A DNA stretch of 48,483 nucleotides from a virus (Duplodnaviria > Caudoviricetes). The notes beneath the pieces were generated by a model, which was not told the DNA's origin, searched no databases, and saw only the letters and a list, made by a program, of their open reading frames with translations. How positions within the stretch are numbered: position 1 is the stretch's first letter; the number at the start of each line of letters is the position of its first letter. The stretch lies in IMG/VR virus record IMGVR_UViG_3300030372_005199, positions 1-48,483 of that record, one strand, 5' to 3'. Position numbers and translations under genes: made by a program. Below, piece by piece: positions 36,647-45,468 of this stretch.

Positions 36647-38026
36647 ATGGAAGAAGAACTTGAAATACTATTGAGCGCGTCTCAACTCGGCACCGCTGAC
36701 CAGTGTGAACGGAAGTGGGGATACACCTACCTTGACGGTATCCGCAGTCCTAGCACAGCCTCTCAGCAGCTTGGGACGGATGTTCATACTTGCGCTGAAG
36801 AGTGGCTTGGCAAGGGCACACCGCCACCACTAAACAAAGCAGGCAGGATATTCGCGAAAGGGATTGCGCTGCTGCCAACTCCAGGCGATCACATCCTGGT
36901 TGAGCACGCCTTTAGGTTCGTGGATGGTCCTTTAGTGTGGCGCGGGTTTATCGACTTCATTGACACATCGGCCAATCCGATCAAAGTCGGTGACCACAAA
37001 ACGACTAAGAACCTACGCTACGCAATGGACGCACAGCAACTGAGCACGGACAACCAAGGGATAATCTATGCCAAGGTTGCGATGGAAAAGTTCAAAGTAG
37101 ACGAAGTTCAGCTTGAGTGGGTCTATTACCCAACCACAGGAAAGAACACGTTGCCCAAGCGCGTTTCAGTGGTGGTAAGCAAAGACCACGTTGAGAAGCA
37201 TTACAGGACGCTCAGAATGAAGGGAGTTTCGTTGTTGGACCACAAACGAAACGTTTCATCGGGCGTTGATTTACAGGTAGAGAAATTTCCGCATCCCGGT
37301 TGTCGGGCTTACGGAGGATGCACGTTCAAGGAAGCGTGTGAACAACTAAACAAAGGTATTGAAGTGAGTGATATTCTAGCAAGAATCAAGAAAATGTCAG
37401 AAGCCAAAGCTACACCAGCAGCAGCAGTGATCAACCCACCGACTGAACCAGTCAAGACGGTTGTAGCAGCGCCGCAAGAAGAGCGGACCGTTGCCTGTGA
37501 GGATGTTGTAGTTCCAGCGGCGAAAGTTGGTCGGCCCAAGAAACACCGAGCGTTGGAGATCGCTGAAGAAGCGCGTGCGGCTGAAGCTGCACAAGCCAAA
37601 GCCACCAGCGAAGAGGTTCAAGAGGTTCAAGAGGTTCAAGAGGTTCAAGAGGTTCAGCAGAAACTCAAGACCAAAACCAAGCGCAAGGCGAAGCCCAAGA
37701 AGGAAGTGGAGCAATCGGTTGAGCAGCACAGCGACAGCCTGACGCTCTATATTGATTGTATGCCTTCCAACGGTTCAACCGATGTGAGCGACATCATCAT
37801 GCAGTGCGCAGCGGAAGCGGCTTCGGAGCACGGTGTTGAGCACTACCGTATGATTGAGTTCGGCAAAGGACCGGCTCAGTTGAACGTGTGCCTTGAGCGC
37901 TACTTCAACGGAGGGTTCTCCAAGTTTGTTGGGGCGATCGTGCTTTGCACATCCAACCAAATCCAGGCAGACTCTATTCCGTTCTTTGAAGCAATGGCGA
38001 ACACCGTAGTTCGTTCAATCAAGTAG
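36647..38026 (+). CDS. PD-(D/E)XK (RecB/Cas4-like) exonuclease with low-complexity C-terminal extension
   Basis: LSASQ...C, GT.VH, E, GFIDFID, DHKT, Q...YA, C-terminal CxxxxxCxxxxxC. Confidence 0.85.
   Translation: MEEELEILLSASQLGTADQCERKWGYTYLDGIRSPSTASQQLGTDVHTCAEEWLGKGTPPPLNKAGRIFAKGIALLPTPGDHILVEHAFRFVDGPLVWRGFIDFIDTSANPIKVGDHKTTKNLRYAMDAQQLSTDNQGIIYAKVAMEKFKVDEVQLEWVYYPTTGKNTLPKRVSVVVSKDHVEKHYRTLRMKGVSLLDHKRNVSSGVDLQVEKFPHPGCRAYGGCTFKEACEQLNKGIEVSDILARIKKMSEAKATPAAAVINPPTEPVKTVVAAPQEERTVACEDVVVPAAKVGRPKKHRALEIAEEARAAEAAQAKATSEEVQEVQEVQEVQEVQQKLKTKTKRKAKPKKEVEQSVEQHSDSLTLYIDCMPSNGSTDVSDIIMQCAAEAASEHGVEHYRMIEFGKGPAQLNVCLERYFNGGFSKFVGAIVLCTSNQIQADSIPFFEAMANTVVRSIK
37613..37657 (+). repeat. 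Tandem repeat, 5 x 9 bp GAGGTTCAA encoding (EVQ)5
   Basis: Four exact copies plus one ending in CAG. Confidence 0.95.
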
Positions 38027-38035
38027 GAGGTTATC

Positions 38036-38335
38036 ATGGTTTCCAAAGAAGCATTTGAGCGATACGAGAATGTTCGTAAAGCGGGATCAATGAATATGCT
38101 GGACCGCAAGGTGCAAACACTGGCCAACATCACAGCTGAAGAGCAGCAGTACATCGTTCGGAATTACGCCGAACTGAATGCTAAGTTCAGCGCGGTTGAG
38201 CCGGAAGTTGTAGCGGAGCCTGAAACAGAAGCGGAGCCTATGGGCGAGGTGACTTACGAGGACATTGAAGAAATGTTCGCGGAAGATTCTGTGGATGCGC
38301 GAGCTGAAACAGAACAGCAGGAAGAATCTGAATAA
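38036..38335 (+). CDS. Small protein, DUF5049-like N-terminus with acidic tail
   Basis: SD AGGAGG; VRKAGSMNMLD resembles IRxxGxxNMFD. Confidence 0.6.
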   Translation: MVSKEAFERYENVRKAGSMNMLDRKVQTLANITAEEQQYIVRNYAELNAKFSAVEPEVVAEPETEAEPMGEVTYEDIEEMFAEDSVDARAETEQQEESE

Positions 38336-38434
38336 CTATACAGGGACGCGAGGAAGCCCGCGCAAGGTTTAGTCTTGGAGAAAGCCCTTACCCTCGGTTC
38401 ATCCAAGACGTTCCTCGCGTCCCGCTCTACTATT

Positions 38435-40084
38435 ATGAGACCAGTATTAAGAACAGCAGACTTCAGGCGCGTTGAAGAGCTACCTGAGAGAACTTTACGC
38501 GAAGCCGTAGAAGCGTCCAGCTATATGCAGGAACAGCTCCGGACTGAGCACGGTTCCATCACACTGCGACCAATCCAATCGGCAGCACTACACGAAGCAG
38601 CAACGACTCTCGGCTTGCTTGGTTGCATCGGTGTAGGACACGGAAAAACGATTATCAGCTTGCTTGCTGCTTCAGTCATTGATTGCGAACGACCGTTGTT
38701 GTTCGTACCAGCAGCGTTGAAAAGCATCACAATAGAACAACGGATACCGGAGTTAGGTTCGCACTTTAAACTCCACCCGAACATCAGGGTCGAATCTTAC
38801 AACGCGCTATCCACAGACCGCGAACTGCTGGAAAACTACAAGCCGGATTTGGTCATCAGCGACGAGTGCCACAAACTTTCCAACGTACAGGCAGCAAGGA
38901 CCAAACGATTCCTCCGGTACTTTGACGCGAACGAACATGTTCGCTTCGTTGGTTTGAGCGGTACAGTGAGCCGCAAATCGCTCAGGGATTTTTGGCATCT
39001 GCTTCTTGCAGCGCTCAGGGAACGAGCACCGATACCGCTTAAGCGTAGCGAGATGTTCAATTGGGCAATGGCTTTGGACTTTAACGTCAAGGACTACGAG
39101 CGTCACGCTGTAGGAGCGCTGAAGCGATTTGCAACAACACCCGCGGACGAGCTGGCAAAGTATTCTAGAGCAGATCAACTCGCTGCTTGCCGTGACGGTT
39201 ACCGTAGGCGGCTGACTTCAACGCCTGGGGTTGTAGCCACTAGCGACGAAGGCGTTTCGTGTTCGTTGGTGTTGCGTAGCAAGAAGGTTGACAGATACCC
39301 AGCCAACATCGACCAAGCGTTGAACAACCTGCGACACCTATGGTTGACGCCCTCTGGCGAAGAGGTAACAGACGCGCTGGACTTTTGGCGCAAGGCTCGT
39401 GAACTTTCAATGGGGTTTTATTACGAATGGAAGTGGGAGTCCGGCCAAGCTGACACAGAGTGGCTGGAAGCCCGACGCGAGTGGCGTGCTTATGTACGGC
39501 GCATCACATCACGTCACATGAAGTACGATACCGAGCTGCTTGTTCGCAACGCTTGCGAGGAAGGTAAACTCCACAGCCCTGAGTTCCATGTATGGAACGA
39601 AATAAAAGACAGGGCCAACCCCGAAACGGTTGCACGTTGGTTCAGCGACGAAGTGCTGCACGACGCCATCAGGAACGCCAAGGGCAAGAATACGATTCTA
39701 TGGTACGAGCACACGACTGTCGGGCAACGGCTCGCGACGTTGTCTTCTTGGCCCTTATTTGATGGATATAGCGCTGGCTTGATTGACCATGTTAACACCG
39801 GAAGAGGGCCAGCGATTGCAAGTATACGAGCGCACGGTACGGGAGTGAACTTGCAAGCCTACAATGAGAGTATCGTTTTGACACCGCCGTCCAGCGGCGC
39901 GACGTGGGAGCAGCTACTCGGCCGGATGCATAGGCAAGGACAGCAAGCTGACGAAGTTGTCTACACCGTATACCAACACACGCAAGAGATGATTGAAGCG
40001 CTCTACAAGTCTATAGAAAATGCATCGTATATCGAGAAATCTATGGGACAGAAACAAAAATTGATATATGCTACTTTCGCATGA
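38435..40084 (+). CDS. Superfamily 2 DNA helicase
   Basis: LRPIQ, GVGHGKT, DECH, LSGT, GTGVNLQ, EQLLGRMHRQGQ. Confidence 0.9.
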   Translation: MRPVLRTADFRRVEELPERTLREAVEASSYMQEQLRTEHGSITLRPIQSAALHEAATTLGLLGCIGVGHGKTIISLLAASVIDCERPLLFVPAALKSITIEQRIPELGSHFKLHPNIRVESYNALSTDRELLENYKPDLVISDECHKLSNVQAARTKRFLRYFDANEHVRFVGLSGTVSRKSLRDFWHLLLAALRERAPIPLKRSEMFNWAMALDFNVKDYERHAVGALKRFATTPADELAKYSRADQLAACRDGYRRRLTSTPGVVATSDEGVSCSLVLRSKKVDRYPANIDQALNNLRHLWLTPSGEEVTDALDFWRKARELSMGFYYEWKWESGQADTEWLEARREWRAYVRRITSRHMKYDTELLVRNACEEGKLHSPEFHVWNEIKDRANPETVARWFSDEVLHDAIRNAKGKNTILWYEHTTVGQRLATLSSWPLFDGYSAGLIDHVNTGRGPAIASIRAHGTGVNLQAYNESIVLTPPSSGATWEQLLGRMHRQGQQADEVVYTVYQHTQEMIEALYKSIENASYIEKSMGQKQKLIYATFA

Positions 40085-40147
40085 CGCGGATGTAGCGTTT
40101 TGAAAACAGCCGAAAGGCTAAGAACTTAGAAATTAGGAAAAAGAATT

Positions 40148-40582
40148 ATGGGAATTTTTGCAGGTATAGAGAACGTAGAAGTGAGAAAGAACACGAAGTA
40201 CGTCACTCCTGGGAAGTATAAATGCACAGTTGAAGCGATCCGGCAAGGGTTGACCAACGAAGAGAACAAGCCTTACTTCGTAGCTGAGCTGAAGGTTGTT
40301 GAGTCCAATAACATCGAAGACTTTCCAGTCGGGTCGACTATGGCTTGGATGACGATGGTTAAGAAGTTCAAGAGCTATTTCTTAAAGGATGTGAAGAACT
40401 TCGTAGCAACCGCAACCGGAAGCGACATGGACGAAGTGACCGAGGAAGTTGTTGAGCTGGTGTCAGGCGAAGAGCAGCCGTTGACCGGCATCCTTATGGA
40501 AGTGATCGCCTACGAAGGCGAGAACAAAACAAGCGGCAAGCGTTTCACAGAGACGGACTTCCGCCTGTGCGTTGACGCATAA
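40148..40582 (+). CDS. Putative ssDNA-binding protein (DUF669-like)
   Basis: PGKYKCTVEAI, beta-rich and acidic; between helicase and polymerase. Confidence 0.55.
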   Translation: MGIFAGIENVEVRKNTKYVTPGKYKCTVEAIRQGLTNEENKPYFVAELKVVESNNIEDFPVGSTMAWMTMVKKFKSYFLKDVKNFVATATGSDMDEVTEEVVELVSGEEQPLTGILMEVIAYEGENKTSGKRFTETDFRLCVDA

Positions 40583-40703
40583 TTAGAAACACACTTTGCC
40601 CCGATCAGGGTTTTTGGGTCATCTCTTAGGGCGACCCTTTCCTTTGTTCCTGATCGGGGCATTCCTGCGTCTGAACAAAGGATAACAAACAAAGGACAAA
40701 TCA

Positions 40704-42590
40704 ATGGAACCAGCTCGAATCATTCTAGCGTTCGACACAGAGACCGCTCTAATAACACCTGGAAAGCTCGCACCGAAGCTCGTTTGTGTATCGTGGGCGC
40801 TACGATCTACACTGCACGAACACGTCACGACGGGGATACTACATGAGCCGGCCGAAATACTTTCGCAGGTTGGGTCGTGGTTGCAAGCAGCAGCGACGAC
40901 GGACGGTCTTCTGCTGGTAGGTCATAACGTTGCTTTTGATATGGCTGTGCTTGGCGCTCACGAACCTGAGTGGCTCCCTTGGATTTTTGCAGCCTACGCA
41001 CGCGGAAACATACAGGACACGCAGATACGCCAACAGCTTATTGATATCGCAGTTGGCGACTTCTGGATGCACCGTAGAAAAAACGGATACACCCTTGCAT
41101 CGTTGTCAGAAAAGCATCTCGGGATCCGTCTATCTAAAGGAGAGGACACTTGGCGATTGCGTTACGAAGAACTCCTGAACGTGCCTCTGGAACAGTGGCC
41201 AACCGAAGCCAAGGAGTACGCTGAAAAAGACGCTGAGATGACTTACAATGTCTTTATCAAGCAAATGAGATCACCTCACTGTGTGGAAGGCGAAGTACCA
41301 AACTCAGAACAGCAAGCAGCAGCCGCCTTCGTTCTGCACCTGATGGCGTGTTGGGGTGTTGTCACAGACAGGCAACACGGCGAGAAGTTTTTCGCAGCAA
41401 CTCAGCAACGTATGAAGAAGAACCAGCGCGTTCTGATATTGTCTGGTTTGATGCGCGAAGCAGGTACAAAGAACCTGAAAGAGATACGCGAGCGGATACA
41501 GAAAGCACTTGGACCCAAAGCAAAGACAACCGCCAAGGGTAACATCGCCACCGACGAGGACTCGCTGCTGGCTACCGGTGACGAACAACTTGCCGCGCTT
41601 GTTGATTACTCCAAAGCACAGAAGCTGGATTCAGTGTGGAAACGTTTCATAGAGCAAGGGTACGACAGGAACACGCCTGTACAAGCTTCCTTCCATTGCT
41701 TGGTTGAGAGCGGTCGCACGAGCTGTTCCAAGCCCAACCTGCAAAATCCGCACAGAGCGACAGGTCTGCGCGAGTGCTTTGTACCGAGGCGAGGATACCT
41801 CTACGTCGCTTGCGATTACGCGACGCTGGAGCTGTGTACGCTTGCACAGGTGAACACGTGGCTTTTCGGAGAGTGCAACATGGGGAAGAAGTTGTGCGAA
41901 GGCGTTGACCTGCATCTACACTTCGCCGCACAGATGCTGAACATTCCCTATGGCGAAGCCTCGTTGCGGCTCAAGTCCGGTGACAAGGAAGTGAAGCAGG
42001 TAAGGCAGATCGCAAAGGTTGCGAACTTTGGTTACCCTGGAGGCATGGGTGCGCGAGGGCTTGCTGCGTTCGCTAAGGGTTACGGCTTGGACATATCGCA
42101 AGAGCAAGCCGAACACCTGCGACACGAGTGGTTCAGAGCATGGCCTGAGATGAGTGACTTCTTCAAGTTCGTAAGCCTGATGGTTGGACCCGACGCTGGT
42201 AGCATAACGCAGTTCGCAACAGACCGCGTTCGTGGTCAGGTTACGTTCACGAAGGCTTGTAACAGTTTCTTCCAAGGCTTGGCCGCAGACGGGGCGAAGG
42301 CTGCGCTCTTTGAGGTTTCAAGGCGTTGCTACACGCAACCCGACAGCAACTTGTTCAACAGCCGACCAGTGATGTTCATCCACGACGAAATCATTATTGA
42401 AGCGCCAGAGCAGCAAGCAGCAGAAGCAGCTGACGAGCTTGCTGCTGTTATGCGTGCGGAAATGAAGAAGTTCACACCGAACATTCCAATCAAGACAACC
42501 GTCGCCATGATGGACCGCTGGTACAAAGACGCCGACGAGGTCCGTGACTCAAAAGGAAAATTGATAAAATGGAAGCCGCCCTCTAGATGA
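40704..42590 (+). CDS. polA: Family A DNA polymerase with 3'-5' exonuclease
   Basis: Exo FDTET, GHNVAFD, YAEKD; SGRTSC..PNLQN; motif A CDYATLE, motif B RQIAKVANFG, motif C IHDE. Confidence 0.95.
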   Translation: MEPARIILAFDTETALITPGKLAPKLVCVSWALRSTLHEHVTTGILHEPAEILSQVGSWLQAAATTDGLLLVGHNVAFDMAVLGAHEPEWLPWIFAAYARGNIQDTQIRQQLIDIAVGDFWMHRRKNGYTLASLSEKHLGIRLSKGEDTWRLRYEELLNVPLEQWPTEAKEYAEKDAEMTYNVFIKQMRSPHCVEGEVPNSEQQAAAAFVLHLMACWGVVTDRQHGEKFFAATQQRMKKNQRVLILSGLMREAGTKNLKEIRERIQKALGPKAKTTAKGNIATDEDSLLATGDEQLAALVDYSKAQKLDSVWKRFIEQGYDRNTPVQASFHCLVESGRTSCSKPNLQNPHRATGLRECFVPRRGYLYVACDYATLELCTLAQVNTWLFGECNMGKKLCEGVDLHLHFAAQMLNIPYGEASLRLKSGDKEVKQVRQIAKVANFGYPGGMGARGLAAFAKGYGLDISQEQAEHLRHEWFRAWPEMSDFFKFVSLMVGPDAGSITQFATDRVRGQVTFTKACNSFFQGLAADGAKAALFEVSRRCYTQPDSNLFNSRPVMFIHDEIIIEAPEQQAAEAADELAAVMRAEMKKFTPNIPIKTTVAMMDRWYKDADEVRDSKGKLIKWKPPSR

Positions 42591-42634
42591 TTATTCGCAC
42601 AGTGTGTAGGATGTCCATGAGGAGGGCGAGCACC

Positions 42635-43072
42635 GTGCTGATGATGTCGGTAGACCCCGGAACGAAAGCTACAGGTTGGGCGATATGGGAGAAAGGCGCG
42701 ATGGTCTTGTGTGGTTTGGCGCGTGGTAAGAACTGGATCCATACAGTGCGTGAGGTGCCTCAAATGCAGGTTGAGCGGTTGTGGTTGGAAGATCAGCAGA
42801 TCTACCGGAACTCCAACGTGGATGCTCATAGCTTGCTGGCGGTGTCTCGTGTGGTTGGCGCTTTGGCTTTCCACGTCCCGGCTGACCAAGTCGAACTCGT
42901 TCGTCCTGCTACTTGGAAAGGGCAAGTCCCGAAGGACGTGTGTAACAGACGCACGCACGCAAGGCTGACGCCTGCTGAGAAGGTGCTGCTTGAACTGGCT
43001 AAATGCCCAAAGAGCTTGGAACACAACCTGATAGACGCGATTGGGATTGGCCTGTGGGCGGCGAAGCGATGA
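42635..43072 (+). CDS. RuvC-like Holliday junction resolvase
   Basis: SVDPG...TGWA, LEDQ, PATWK, HNLIDAIGIG; GTG start after GAGGAGGG. Confidence 0.75.
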   Translation: MLMMSVDPGTKATGWAIWEKGAMVLCGLARGKNWIHTVREVPQMQVERLWLEDQQIYRNSNVDAHSLLAVSRVVGALAFHVPADQVELVRPATWKGQVPKDVCNRRTHARLTPAEKVLLELAKCPKSLEHNLIDAIGIGLWAAKR

Positions 43073-43404
43073 TAGGCAATAAACCAATCACAGCGGTGGA
43101 CGCGTTCCAGCTGATGCTGATCTACCTGAAGCTTTCAGGACAAATCCAATGGAGCTGGGTTTACGTGCTGGCTCCGCTGATAATTATCGTAGGCTTGTGG
43201 GTTGGCCTACACGCATTGAAAGAAACCCTGATCACTTTGAACCAGTGGTTGAACGGAGAAGAACATGACGAACAGGAGAGGCAGACCAGCCAACGAAACG
43301 AAGTACAGCGCGATGATCAGCAAGCTGAAGGAGGGTGGAGCGACAGCGAAGCAGATGAGCGAAGAGCTGGAGATACCGATAAGGACGGTGTACACCTACC
43401 TTGA
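43069..43404 (+). CDS. Small membrane protein (LKLxGxIxWSWxxVLAP motif)
   Basis: Two hydrophobic segments; ATGA overlap with the upstream stop. Confidence 0.6.
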   Translation: MIGNKPITAVDAFQLMLIYLKLSGQIQWSWVYVLAPLIIIVGLWVGLHALKETLITLNQWLNGEEHDEQERQTSQRNEVQRDDQQAEGGWSDSEADERRAGDTDKDGVHLP

Positions 43405-43483
43405 AAAAGCCGAGGACCAGGGTCACATCGTGATCAAGGTTGGCCACTCGTTCAACTCGCCTTACCGCATAGTGGAGAACTGA
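43265..43483 (+). CDS. Winged-HTH DNA-binding protein
   Basis: TAKQMSEELEIPIRTVYTYL...G pattern; SD GGAG. Confidence 0.75.
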   Translation: MTNRRGRPANETKYSAMISKLKEGGATAKQMSEELEIPIRTVYTYLEKAEDQGHIVIKVGHSFNSPYRIVEN

Positions 43484-43495
43484 GCGCGTATCCGC

Positions 43496-43790
43496 CAACA
43501 CCCAAGCAACTCAACGGACAATTCTCGAGTCCGTTTCCGAGTTTTTTTCCGTGAAGAACTCACAAAATCATCAATATTTTCCGAAAAGTACGTGAAAAAC
43601 GGAAATACCTCTTATTGGACTCCTCAGCGGAGTGCCGCCGTCCTAGAAATTCTCTAATAAAAACAGACGATTGAAGTTTGTCGTTTTTCTCAGCGAGCCT
43701 GTAAGCCGTAAATGACTGAAATTACAGAGTTTTCCCTTTATTGCATTCTTTGCCGTTATGGGTGATCATACCTCTATAGACAAGAACACG
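43496..43790 (+). promoter_or_regulatory. Duplicated non-coding block, copy 1 (putative early promoter region)
   Basis: Shares identical blocks with 44901..45185, including a 35-bp block at 43731..43765; precedes an SD and ORF. Confidence 0.75.
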
Positions 43791-43809
43791 GGAAACCGAG
43801 GAGAAAACC

Positions 43810-44097
43810 ATGAAGCTAGTAAACGAAATGAACGAAATCACCCCAAACGGCAAGCACAACAAAGCATTCGCGATCGTATGCAAATCACAGAGCGAACTGG
43901 ACGCATGGTGTGACGCCTTCACCAAACTGCTCGCGGACGCAGAGCCTTGGACTCAGGAAGAAATCGTTTGGAGCGGTTGCGAAGTAGAAGAGAACGAAAC
44001 TGAAGTCTACATCCACAGCACGCGCGACGACATCGCTGAACGCACAGCGGAGTTCAAGGAGATGTACAAAGCAGCGAAGGCGCAAGCCAAGCGGTAA
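43810..44097 (+). CDS. Hypothetical early protein
   Basis: SD GAGGAG; acidic 95 aa. Confidence 0.75.
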   Translation: MKLVNEMNEITPNGKHNKAFAIVCKSQSELDAWCDAFTKLLADAEPWTQEEIVWSGCEVEENETEVYIHSTRDDIAERTAEFKEMYKAAKAQAKR

Positions 44098-44103
44098 CGA
44101 AAC

Positions 44104-44168
44104 TCAAAATGAAACAAGCCCATCAGCCCGCTTATCGCGGGCTTTTTGGGTGTCAGGCAATGAAGCCA
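44104..44168 (+). repeat. Two-hairpin intergenic repeat, copy A
   Basis: CAAGCCCATCAGCCCGCTTATCGCGGGCTTTTTGGGTGTCAGGCAATGAAGCC. Confidence 0.9.
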
Positions 44169-44184
44169 AACAAAGGAGAAAACC

Positions 44185-44841
44185 ATGACCAAGACTTTAG
44201 TGTGCCAAGCGTGTTCCAAGTTTTTAGAAGCAGAAGAGATATCCGTTCGTGACTCAGGCTTTATGCCTACCAGACGACCAACCAAGTGCGACGAGTGCGG
44301 CAAGAAGTTCGACGTGTTGGCAGTACACAGCGAAGAGCCGCACAAGCGAGCGAAGCTGAAAGCCTTGCACCGTGCTGAGAAGGTTTTCGCAGTTGGTAAC
44401 GAGGTTCCGGTTCTAGTGGAAGGCGGTTGCGGTACACCGCGCAAGGTGAAAGTCCAGCAAGTAACTTGGAACCACACCATGGAGTTCTGTGTTGAGCTGG
44501 AAGGCGAGTCCGGTCGCTTTACAGTGAACAACAACTCGCTGATCATCAAAGCGAACTACCCACCTCGCGTCTATAGCGTTGTACAGACACAGACAACGCG
44601 ATACCGAATCCACAAGGGGACAGGCAAGATGCAGGACGTGTGCCCTGGGTGCTGTCCTCCAATGTCCAGGCAGGGTAACCCGCACGTCACGAGAGCGGCG
44701 TTCACGGCTGGTGGAGACGCTGGCGGCGCTTGCTTCTGGGAGTGTAACAATTGCGGCCACAGGCTCCTGAGGCGTCCTAGACGGACCAAAGGAAGGATCG
44801 CCCTAGAACGCCGCCGAGCCAGGGTGAAAGCCGCTCAGTAA
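44185..44841 (+). CDS. Zinc-ribbon protein with Arg-rich C-terminus
   Basis: Four CxxC pairs (CQAC, CDEC, CPGC, CNNC); AAACAAAGGA leader. Confidence 0.75.
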   Translation: MTKTLVCQACSKFLEAEEISVRDSGFMPTRRPTKCDECGKKFDVLAVHSEEPHKRAKLKALHRAEKVFAVGNEVPVLVEGGCGTPRKVKVQQVTWNHTMEFCVELEGESGRFTVNNNSLIIKANYPPRVYSVVQTQTTRYRIHKGTGKMQDVCPGCCPPMSRQGNPHVTRAAFTAGGDAGGACFWECNNCGHRLLRRPRRTKGRIALERRRARVKAAQ

Positions 44842-44892
44842 GCCAATCAGCCCACCCTCGCGTGGGCTTTTTTGGTGTCAGGCAGCGAGCCA
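44840..44892 (+). repeat. Two-hairpin intergenic repeat, copy B
   Basis: AAGCCAATCAGCCCACCCTCGCGTGGGCTTTTTTGGTGTCAGGCAGCGAGCC. Confidence 0.85.
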
Positions 44893-44900
44893 GCTCAGCG

Positions 44901-45185
44901 AACACCCCAGCACTCCGCGGACAGTTTTCCAGTCCGTTTTCACCTGCTTTTTCCGTGAAATCATCAATATTTTCCGAAAAGTACGCGGAAAAATGGAATA
45001 CCTCTTATTCGATCCCTCGGAGGTGTTTTTACGTCCCGGAAATTCTCTAATAAAAACAGACGATTGAAGGTGACCGTTTCGCTCAGTGCGATGGTAAAGT
45101 GTAAACGACTGAAATCGTTGGACTTTCCCTTTATTGCATTCTTTGCCGTTATGGGTGAGTATAACTTCATAGACAACGAACACAG
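44901..45185 (+). promoter_or_regulatory. Duplicated non-coding block, copy 2
   Basis: 35-bp identical block at 45124..45158 followed by GTATAAC; precedes an SD and ORF. Confidence 0.75.
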
Positions 45186-45194
45186 GAGCAACCC

Positions 45195-45440
45195 ATGAAC
45201 AAGCCAGCAAACAAAATCAGCAAGATCCTTCGAGTGAAGCGCGAGATGGAAATCCGCAACGCGATCCTGATTGAGATGCGTAGAACTGAGCAGACCGTTG
45301 AAGAAGCGGCGGCTTGGATCTGGGAAATTTGCGACGACCACCTGAAGCCGCACTTTGAAGCAGGCAAGCAACGAGCAATCGCCGATCAGATTTTCGCTTT
45401 GGAAACTTTGATGGACGAAGACCAAGACCCAACCGTTTAA
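45195..45440 (+). CDS. Hypothetical early protein
   Basis: SD AGGAG. Confidence 0.75.
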   Translation: MNKPANKISKILRVKREMEIRNAILIEMRRTEQTVEEAAAWIWEICDDHLKPHFEAGKQRAIADQIFALETLMDEDQDPTV

Positions 45441-45468
45441 AACTCAAATTGATACACAGGAGAAAACC

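Noticed and set aside
36647-37350. CRISPR-associated Cas4
   Set aside because: No cas genes or array; stand-alone PD-(D/E)XK nucleases are routine in phage replication modules.
38343-38427. tRNA gene
   Set aside because: Has an acceptor-like stem but no TTCRA T-loop, D-arm or CCA in the right geometry.
42329-43087. Long antisense ORFs (also 35290..36015, 25776..26408, 15880..16470)
   Set aside because: They lie opposite well-supported genes and lack motifs or SDs; typical antisense shadows.
45134-45165. Canonical sigma70 promoter TTGCAT...TATAAC
   Set aside because: Spacing is 20 nt and the -10 hexamer is not conserved in copy 1 (CATACC), so only the wider block is reported as putatively regulatory.
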